Shown: positions 1 through 9,057 of the stretch, one piece after another
Numbering within the stretch: position 1 is the stretch's first letter
Layout: every line of letters starts with the position of its first letter
Assembly: GCA_043228905.1 (NCBI GenBank)
Contig: JBHGNT010000017.1
Span: 5,766,001-5,830,000, forward strand
Source: Azolla caroliniana
Lineage: Eukaryota; Plantae; Polypodiophyta
Length of the DNA: 64,000 bases
Direction: 5' to 3'
The notes under the pieces: generated by a model
Seen by the model: only the letters and a program-made list of their open reading frames with translations
What the model was told of the DNA's origin: nothing
Database searches by the model: none
Program-made: the position numbers and the translations under genes

Positions 1-1760
1 AAATTGTAGATCGGTCCCCATGGTGGCTCTTTTCCCAATTGTAAATCAATGGGGCAATCATACGGTCGATGGTGAGGAAGCGTATTGGCTTGTACTTCAT
101 CGAACACATCAGCATAATGATGATACTTCTCTGGAAGTTGAACGGTGGACTCCTCTTTAGTGGTTTTGGAGGTTTAACTGATACTGCGAAGAGAAACATT
201 TCTTCCTTGTGTCCTTCCTCATGCAACTGATGTAGCGAAATGGTTGCAATCTTATGAGTAGATCCTCGGGTTTGTTGATACTGGATTTCTCTTGTTCTCC
301 AATCTATGTCTGGGTTATGTAATTCGAACCATGGTAATCCCAAAACAATGGGATGTTCTGGGATACTAATTATATTAAAGGATACTACACACTCTAAATT
401 ATCTAGGACAATATTAACGGTCTCTAACTCTTCTATGATATTTCCGGAAGCAATGGGACAACCATCAATAACTACTACAGGGTTGGACACGAGAGTTTTC
501 TTAGGGATATCTGATGAGCTTGGGCAAAATTCCTATCCATGAACGAAGAATTAGCTCCGGAATCTAGGAGTGTCGAGACATGTACTAGAGAGGTACTTTT
601 AATACTAACTGTTAATTGGGCTAATAACATATTGCTAACTTGCTTAGGGGGAATGGAACCACTAATGGGTTGCACAGATCTAGGGTTGTCCAACCAAACG
701 GCTCCTATTTTGGATGGACTTAGTCGTTTAACTCTTCTTCTAACTGACTAAGGACATCAAATTTGTTCGATAGATTTGAGCTATTAGTACTATTAGGACT
801 ATAAGATATTCCTATTGAAATAGACTCGGGTTTAGTACAATTAGAACTAGCAACTATTTGGTTTACCTGTCTTCTTGGCCTATGGGGACAGTTCACTACA
901 ATATGCCCTGGTCCACCGAAATAAAGACATAGTTGATTTGCTCTACGTCGCCACTTTTCTTCTTCCGATAATGGTCCGTGATGATGTGTAGTGTCAATTT
1001 CCATTTGAGTTGGAGTATTCACTGGAGGCGCATTATATGACTCCCTTGGAAAAGGTTTTGCTACCACTAAGGCGTAGGTGGGCTCTAATCTTGCCCTTGG
1101 CATCTGGAACTGACGTTCCGAACGTCGTTCAAAAAGACGGTTGTTGCATCTCACTACGCGACTAATTGCTTTTGTCAATGACTTTGGTTCTTCGGGGAAG
1201 GTCAAGAGTAAATCCTTGACATCGTTACGTAGACCATAACGAAATTGCTCCATTAATGCTTGGTCATCCCAAGGGATATCGGAGGCGAGTAGGCGGAAAT
1301 CTGCAGAGTATGCAGAGGCTAGAGGATCACCTTGACGTAATCGTTGGATTTTGTTGATTGTTGTCCTTATCCTGTCAGTATCTCCAAAACAGGCTTTAAA
1401 CTCACTTAAAAACTCTTCAAAATTGTTTAGTAAAGAAGATTCCTTTTCTAACAACGGAACGAACCATGTCAAAGTTGAGCCACTTAACAACGTGCCTACT
1501 AAACCCTCTCGTGATGCATCGGTGGGATATCGGGAAGGATGCATTTGAATGACTAATCGTACCTGATTAAGGAATCCTCTAAACTGCGATCGCGTTCCAT
1601 CGAATTTCATGGGAAGGCCGATCTTGGGTTCTTTATGAATCCCTTGCGTACTAGGTCCTTGTTGTTGAATCACTACTATGGTTGCTTCGAGTTGTTGCAC
1701 GTGTAATGCTAGTTCCACATGTTGTTGTTGCGTCTGTTGCTTCTCTAAGGAGATTTGTTA
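1..1760 (-). mobile_element. Degenerate Ty3/gypsy retrotransposon, gag-protease-start of RT (runs off the window start)
   Basis: ORF 720..1718 has retrotransposon gag motifs (KFDGTRSQFRGFL, LRQG, QFRYGLRNDVKD, decayed zinc knuckle). ORF 475..693 has the aspartic protease motif LLDSGANSSF. Bases ~1-80 encode a PPHRPYDCPIDL-type RT start. Stops and frameshifts are present. Confidence 0.9.
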
Positions 1761-1863
1761 AAGCTCCCCAAATAGTCATTGATGAGGAATAAGAGATTAG
1801 TATGAAGGGAGGGAGAAATAAGGAGATAAAGGAAGAGAAGGAAGGAGAATAATCGGTTCAAAC

Positions 1864-2283
1864 TGTCAAGAATAGTACTAAGACAGAGAAGGAATTAGTA
1901 CTAAAAGATGAGGATTAGTACTAAGGGAGATGTAGAACTCTTGAGAGAAGTAAAGAGTGAGTAAGGGAGAGAGAGAGAGAGAGAGAGAATGATAATAACA
2001 AAAGATATATATTATGTTAAGAGAATATACAATGGTAGCTAGGAGGCTTAAGATTTGGTTCGAAATAATGCTTTGTGCCTCCTTTTATAGTGTTCTTAGG
2101 AGTACTCCTGAAGTTTCTAGAATGTTCCAGAGAAATCTGGAATATACATCAATTTTCTATAGTAAAACTTAAATGAAAATAATATCTTTTATTACAACAT
2201 ATGGTTTAATGGTCAAGGGCTTGACCCATATAACATAAGGTCATGGGTTCGAGTCTTGCCATATCACGATACGTATAAGAACA
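1864..2283 (-). repeat. Probable 5' LTR of the gypsy element
   Basis: TG...CA ends on the minus strand, TATA box (CTATAAAAGG) at ~2081-2090, position directly upstream of gag. Boundaries approximate because the partner LTR is outside the window. Confidence 0.5.
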
Positions 2284-2551
2284 AAATTTACAAAATCCAC
2301 ATGAGACATCCATTTGCAATCACATTTATGAAATCTAAAGATATCCATCCAAGAATAAAGTCCTCGACCAACATCTATGTAGTCTTCATCACGTTGTCGT
2401 GATGATTTTCGTCCATAGTGAGAAAACCGAGCGGGATAAAGAAAATGGGGATGTGCAACGTTGCACATGCACTTGTACATTTGTATATAAAAATAAGATA
2501 ACAAAATGTAAAGGGGAAGAGCATTAACCTAAGGTGCTAAAGGTCGTAGTT

Positions 2552-3003
2552 TGTTAAGTGTAAATGTGATGTGCACTTGGTGGACTAGATAGAGGTACGT
2601 GAAGAATAAGTGAAGGGAGTAATGGGCATTGAATAAGACGGCTAGAGGAGTGAGAGTTATGTCCAATGATCTCAAGATCGAGATCAAATATTCTCCTTTG
2701 AAAAGGAGAAGGGGGTTTGACCACTCTTGTAATGTGCCTCACCCCTTACTACTATAAAAGGGAGTGAGGGGTCACTTTGGGAGGTGGTTGCCCATTTTGA
2801 GACAGAGAGGTATGCCACTTAGGTCAAGGGCTTCCCATTTCAGTTTTAGGGTTTGTTTAGGGTTTCGTTTAGGGTTTCTTCTTCATCTTCTTTACTTGCT
2901 TATCCGGTTAGGGTTTTGTTATACCGTTTGGTGCAGCCTATGCGGCCTTGGTTGTAATCTTTTGTGAACTCTTAATATAGCTTGTTGATCTTCTTGCCTT
3001 GTG
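2552..3003 (+). repeat. 5' part of an LTR interrupted by the DNA transposon (continues at 12197-12362)
   Basis: TATA (CTATAAAAGG ~2752) and TTTAGGG telo-box motifs. The sequence resumes after the TGTG TSD at 12197 and leads into a PBS. Left boundary uncertain. Confidence 0.55.
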
Positions 3004-3039
3004 AACACGTTCGCGTTCACAAGTGGAAGGATTGCGCAT
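3004..3039 (+). repeat. Left terminal inverted repeat
   Basis: Reverse complement of 12161-12196 with one mismatch; preceded by TGTG. Confidence 0.92.
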
Positions 3040-3384
3040 TCCACTTGTAGAATCTTCTTAAAACGAAGCAAATACACCCTCTCTACAATAATTGGATGCA
3101 CTAGTATCACATGTTCCTCAACTTGATAAGAATTTGCAAATATAAAAATACATGATAGATCTACGAGTGGAGATCATTAGAAATCATGCAAGTTTAGACA
3201 TGTTGATAAGTTAATGTATCTAAATAAAGTTCAACTATGGCTCAATATGGCACTATTGTGCGACAAGGGAAACACTAACTTAAAGACTTATATTAATTAC
3301 GTAGGTTTTACAAAATTATGAGGTGTACTTGTATCCATACTAATAAAATGAGATATAATTTATACTTTGACCCATACGTGCATG

Positions 3385-3660
3385 TATGTAATTGTCGAAA
3401 ATGTAGGATAGTGCACATTAGGATAAGTGATTGGAATAACTAACTTATTAAAGTATTCAATACTTATATTAAAAGTTGATCTAATCTATTCCTCAGTTTG
3501 TTCATATGGGATCAAACCATATGTGTATATAATTGTGCACAATGTAAGGCAGTGAACTTTAGGATAATGTCGTGGAAATAACAAACCTATTAGGCTTTCA
3601 TACCTGTATTTAAAATTGATCTACTCTATTGCTTAGGTGATTCACACAAGATCAAACTCC
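3385..3660. repeat. Diverged tandem duplication (~140 bp x2) in the left subterminal region
   Basis: Shared blocks TAATTGT..ATGTA..AGTG..TTAGGATAA..GGAA(A)TAAC..TTGATCTA.TCTATT..GATCAAAC occur at ~3388-3518 and ~3530-3657. Confidence 0.55.
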
Positions 3661-4050
3661 GAACGATAACGCAACTGGAACCATTATCAACACACTACAC
3701 AATCTAAGCAGCAATGGAATAGAAACATAATAGTTTTAACAATATAAGACAAAGATCCATAATAACAACATGGACAGTCATGGCAATAATTATAGGGCCA
3801 TGTTCTGTTAAGGTTAGCTTGGACCAAAATCAGCCTCCATTTAAGCTAGTTCATGTTTCTCCATAAGTTTGGTAGTCAGCTATGCACGCGGTGAAACCAA
3901 TATCATAAATCTACTAATGAGGTATATAAAAATAAAATTGAAACATATAGATGATTATAAAGAATAGAATCCACTAGGTAAAACCCAAAATTTGTATTAA
4001 TAATGTGAAATCTTAACAAATCGTCAGTGTCATATTCTTTATAGAGTCTA

Positions 4051-7000
4051 TTACATAGCAATCAATTCATCTACGTCATTTTCTTCATCATCTTGTGTAG
4101 AACTGTCTTCGGCTATACGTGCATTGGTTTCCCCTGTTAGCCGGGCCAACGAAATATCTTCTATAAGCTCATCATCAAGCTCTATTAGCTCTCCCGGTTC
4201 GCCGGCTAACGGAGGAATAGGCTCTCGCGAAGCGGGTTGAAACCTTTCTGTATTGGCGAGGTTCTTTGCACCGACCTCCTCATCCTGGTCTGGGCACTCC
4301 CACAAAGCCTTAATCCGCATATTAATAAATATAACTTGGTCCTCGTCCTTCTCCAATGCAACTGTATTCCTAAACAGCTTCAATGCACATGCTGACGTAG
4401 TTCCTATGATGTAAGTAACAAGAAGATTTAGTTGTCAAACGAAAAAAGTGATTGGTTATCTCAAGATCGTTACCCTAGTTCGAGGAATACCTGTGCCAGA
4501 AAAGAGATCTAATATCCAGTCTCCTTCGACAGAAAACATCTCGATCAAGCGCATCATAAGTCGTTGAGGTTTTTGGTATGGGTTGACAAGTCCCCGTTCT
4601 GTCGTGGTGACATGTCGCAATTTCCGAGTCACTGCTGGATATACCAACAGATTTGAACCTCCCACTTCATTAGAATGCTCTTTGATTCTCTGTTTTTTAA
4701 TTTCATCGAAGTAGCCAACCGTTATGTATTCAATGGCATTAACGAACCGAAAAGTTGGCCCTCTATTTACATTGGTCTTGATCCTATAAAAAATAATTCA
4801 TCGAGTTAAAAATAGATTCAACAACCTTAAGAATTGCAATATAATGAAAGACACCTATAAATAATCCTTACCATGCAAGGTTCTCGATGCCATGGCAACG
4901 AGATCTCAAAGCTTGAGCTACCGAGTACCCTTGGTCCATACTATGAAAGACAACTATTCGCCACAAGGATGCGGTCGTTAGCTCACCGAAATCCTTGACC
5001 ATCTTCTCCAATTGTTTAAACCTAAACGGTTCATCATCGTATGATGACCCAGCCATTCGAAATCCGTAAGGAATATCCGCAATCATTAGCGTATATTCCT
5101 TCTTTGGCACCTTCTAGATCAAGTCGATGACATCATCGCAAACCACATTGTAGTAAAGATCTCTCGTAATATCTTTCTTGTGGCTAAATTTTTTAAACGA
5201 GCCATCTTCCTCCATTTCATACGCCTTGACTAAGCGACGATCCTTTTCTTTTCTGGCTCGCTCGAGATGTGCAAGGAAGGATGTAGGGAAATCGTGTATA
5301 TCCTTAACTTCTCCTTGTTTCTTGCCTCGGCACGGTTTCTAATAGAAGCAATAGGACATCAGGTATTATTATACAACCTCTACATATGATGAAAGGGTAA
5401 TGAAAAAATATCAATACTAACCCAATCCTTGAATGCAATAAAATACTCTGATAACGCCTTATACGAAGACGTTAGAGGATAATCCTCGGTCACTTGTTCC
5501 CAAGTTATACATCCAAGTTGTTTCATCATTACTTCTTGGATCTTCATGTACACCTTATGACTGTAAAATTAGAAATCAAGATTAGAACTTTGAATTACAC
5601 CAGATAGACTACAATTTCAGTATTTGAAAGACTTACTTATTGAACTCGGTGACCATTTCTTCAAGGCTTAAATCTTTCGCCACAACCCTTGACAAAACGG
5701 ACACAAGAAGCTGCTCGTCCTTAATACCTTGCATCGCTCTCCATAGAGACAGCTTCATGTCGTCTGCCGCTTCTTCAATTGTCAAGTCAATTTTCTTGGC
5801 GGCTTGTGACTTTAATTCTAGTTGAGGGTCAACCCTACATTTCTTTTGTCGTTGACCCTTTACCTCCTTATTCTCCCACATTGAGAAGATTTGATCTTGG
5901 AGGTCCCATACTTCTCCATCTCTAAACGCCAATTGAAACCAAGATTCATACTTTCGAAGACCATCGGACCTAACATTATCATCTACCACAATGCCGACTT
6001 CATGCAGACATTGACGTCGAAGGCCTGGATGTAACTTCACACCAAACTTTTGTTTCACATCTAAATACTCGTGGTGGAAGAACCGGATACGCTCAATAGA
6101 CGACATTTTCTGCCTATAGTCATTATCATTATTATGGTCCCATGCCAACAGCTTAGCCTCTTCGGTTGTGAGCCCAACATATATTTTGCACTCGGCATAC
6201 TTGAAGAAGAAAGTGGTTGGATGTTCTCTTACAAGTTGTCGACGTGCCTCTGTTGAATGCGATCCACCAATGACAAAATAATTATATTGATCATGCTTTC
6301 TGATATCAAAATCTTCAATGGTTTCACATTCTTCAGGATCCACCATAACAATAAAAGGCACCACTGTGGCATGAGGATTAATTTTCATTTTTTTCTTGAG
6401 ATTTTGAACATGCATGCGATGAGGCTCTCTAATCTCAAGTGGTCTTCGACCTGTTTTTTCATCAATAGGGGGCCGATGGATGTGTGTTATAGGCAAATTA
6501 AATACTTGCCCTTTCCTGACCAGCTTCCGTTGCATTAACTCTCTTCTTATTTTATTCTGCTCGGATGACAAAACACCCGAGGCCAGCTCGGCTCCTGGCG
6601 TCCCCTTATTATCCTCTTCTTCATTTTCACTTGTCGAATCCGTATCCGACATTTTCGTTGTCTTCTTCTTGGCTGGTCTTGACTGGACTTTGGATACCTT
6701 TTTAGTGGCCTTCAAGTGGGAGGGCTCTTCATCTCGTAGAGTTACATGGCCTTGTATATAAGGCCTCAAGGTAACAATCAGGTTTTGTGAGTTATCAAGT
6801 GCTTTTTTGAACACTTCAGGCCCACAAGATTCCTTTACTAAAAGATCTTCTGAAAGGAACACTTTGCGTACCCCCTTGGAGCACTCTATCATTACCAGTA
6901 TGTTGGCCGAATCTGCATCTTCGTAGTCAAATCGTAGAATTCGGCCATACATAAATGGAGTTTCTTTTCCTAGCTGCCCCTCACCCTTCTTCTTTGCTGT

Positions 7001-8216
7001 ATACAATACGACTTTTTTCTTTGAGTCGACATATTGCATACACCATTCCTTGTCCGTTAGATCTCGGTCAGGAAGGTCTTCGCCTCCAGTAGCCGCGACA
7101 ATTTTCTTTTGGCTTACATCACTATGGGGCTGAGATTTTGTCTCTTCGTTAAAGAGAAGCTTTTTTCCTCTCTTCGTGGTCTCCGGAGTTACCTTGGTCT
7201 GTGCTTCGATTGGAGAACCTTGTATGCGAAGCTTAATTTTCTTCACGGGTCGGTCTGACAGATTCTCAAACGACCTATTTAAGAAAGTATATGCAAAAAC
7301 ATAAGTTAGACAGTTACGTAGATTGAAGTTGTTATTATAATGAAGAACAGTTTCTAGGAGCAGTAACATATTCAAAAATCTATTCTAGGCAGGGCTATTC
7401 AACCTAGAAAATATATATCGTAATAAGTAAAACGGGTTATATATTCTTTTAAATAGTAGGTATGACTTATATAGATTCTAAACCTATATTGATGAGAATT
7501 TGCCATAGTGAATGGAATTTGTAGATCATTTTCTACTATTTTAAGCTAAAGTAGGTCAAAAAACACCTATAATTAGAGCATGTATTTGTTTAGAAGTAAG
7601 TAAACTCAACATAAAAAGACTGATTTTGACAGACAATTTGATAACATTTCCACCCCGTAAACGATTTTTCTCTCTCAAAGGCTACACTTTAAACACGAAC
7701 TCGATACGGCGTATCGAGTTCGTGTTTAAAGTATAGGTTTTAAACACGAACTCGATACGCCGTATCGAGTTCGTGTTTAAAGTTTGAATTTTAAACACGA
7801 ACTCGATACGGCGTATCGAGTTCGTGTTTAAAATTCAAACTTTAAACATGAACTCGATACGCCGTATCGAGTTCGTGTTTAAAAGGTAAGTTTTAAACAC
7901 GAACTTGATACGGCGTATCGAGTTCGTGTTTAAAACCTACACTATGAACACGAACTCGATACGCCGTATCGAGTTCATGTTTAAAACCTATACTTTAAAC
8001 ACGAACTCGATACGGCGTATCGAGTTCATGTATACAATACAAATATTTATACACGAACTCGATACGGCATATCGAGTTCGTGTATAAATATTTGTATTGT
8101 ATACATGAACTCGATACGCCGTATCGAGTTCTTGGGAAACGAAACATATTTACAAAAATGTCCACAGTGTCAGAGGCCTACCTGGACTCCTCGCGCTCGA
8201 CTCTCTTGGAAGACAT
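4051..8216 (-). CDS. Six-exon ParB/Srx-like domain + beta-class N6-adenine/N4-cytosine DNA methyltransferase fusion (~974 aa; one in-frame TAG at 5114-5116)
   Basis: Exons 8216-8182, 7274-5637, 5560-5422, 5338-4872, 4783-4491 and 4403-4051. All introns are GT-AG and phase-compatible, 2925 nt in total. Motifs in order: ParB-like VPFIVMVDP...YFVIGGSHSTEARRQL; catalytic motif IV IADIPYG; AWIK...AIEYI; NPYQKPQRLMMRLIEMFSVEGDWILDLFSGTGTTSACALKLFRNTVALEKD (motifs X-I-II). Confidence 0.85.
7686..8131. repeat. Array of nine palindromes AAACACGAACTCGATAC-(GGC/GCC)-GTATCGAGTTCGTGTTT inside intron 1 of the methyltransferase gene
   Basis: Dyad centres at 7709, 7760, 7811, 7862, 7913, 7964, 8015, 8067 and 8119 (period 51 six times, then 52 twice). 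Confidence 0.97.
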
Positions 8217-8266
8217 GGTTGATCGTGTTGTGTGGAGGCGGAGATCGCGCTTTCGTGCTTTGTGCC

Positions 8267-8350
8267 TTGAGTGCTCTGTGTGCTCTGTGTGCTCTGTGTG
8301 CTCTGAGTGCTCTGTACGCTCTGTACGCTCTGTACGCTCTGTACGCTCTG
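8267..8350. repeat. 9-bp minisatellite (GTGCTCTGT)n/(ACGCTCTGT)n in the predicted 5' UTR of the methyltransferase gene
   Basis: Directly visible tandem 9-mers between the TATA box and the ATG at 8216. Confidence 0.85.
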
Positions 8351-8374
8351 GTGAGTGAAATATGATGAGGTCTT

Positions 8375-8386
8375 CCTATTTATAGG
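8375..8386 (-). promoter_or_regulatory. Putative TATA box (CCTATAAATAGG) of the ParB-methyltransferase gene
   Basis: Plant-consensus TATA on the minus strand ~160 bp upstream of the exon-1 ATG. Confidence 0.6.
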
Positions 8387-9057
8387 GATTGAACCCATGG
8401 TTAAAGTAACCATAGTCATCTTAACCGATGTTGGTAACTTTGAGGATAGTTAGTTTGTAACCATAGTCACATTAACTATAGTAACTTATGATTGTATTAA
8501 TGATTACAAAGTCAAACTAACATATTGATCAATCTTTTATACTCATAACAACCTACAATCACTTCAAAGGTTATGAAGGAGACAATGATAGAGGTCCATG
8601 AATGTACCAATGATTGATTACTAAAAGCAAAAAATTTTATGACTCTCAATAGTTATGTATTAAAGATGTGGGCATGAATTAACCAATGATTGATAAGTCT
8701 AATATTTAAAATGGTGAGCATTAAAGAATCAATGAGTGAGACGTTCTATATCAAAATGGGTGTCATTAATTAGCCAATGATTTTAACATTAATCCAACAT
8801 ATTCAAGGCTTGTTAATGATTAGTTTTATATTTTACTTGATTTAACATCATTTAGATCTAGTTTATATAATGATTGATAATTTAAGTTAAATTACTTTAT
8901 TAAAAATAATTTTTAGATGTATTGTATTTTAATAGAATATTACATAATATAGACATTCTATTGATTTGGCTTTTGTTTAGAGAGAAGTTTATGTTTAGGG
9001 AGGAGTATATGGTTAGAGAGGAGTATAACTTAGAGAGCCCTATCTAGACCTTAAGCC

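Noticed and set aside
2200-2262. Functional tRNA genes at the tRNA-like motifs (also 16765, 26350, 31070, 46067, 47575)
   Set aside because: A/B boxes are present, but I could not fold a convincing acceptor and anticodon stem.
2845-2915. Telomeric TTTAGGG repeats
   Set aside because: Only a few interspersed telo-box motifs within an LTR, not a telomere tract.
4051-7375. Bacterial or phage contamination as the source of the ParB-MTase
   Set aside because: The gene has five GT-AG introns, two of which split conserved motifs, and lies inside a TIR element nested in plant retroelements.
7275-7375. N-terminus of ORF 5633..7375 (MNMLLLL...) as the real start
   Set aside because: It starts at a non-ATG codon in AT-rich sequence upstream of a good acceptor (TTTCTTAAATAG). 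An in-phase exon 1 exists at 8216-8182.
7686-8131. CRISPR array interpretation of the regularly spaced palindromes
   Set aside because: Linkers are only ~8-15 bp, are related to each other as reverse complements rather than unique spacers, there are no cas genes, and the array lies in a spliceosomal intron.
7905-8419. Short ORFs 7905..8087, 8080..8358, 8105..8365 and 8150..8419
   Set aside because: They are translations of the palindrome array and the 9-bp minisatellite.
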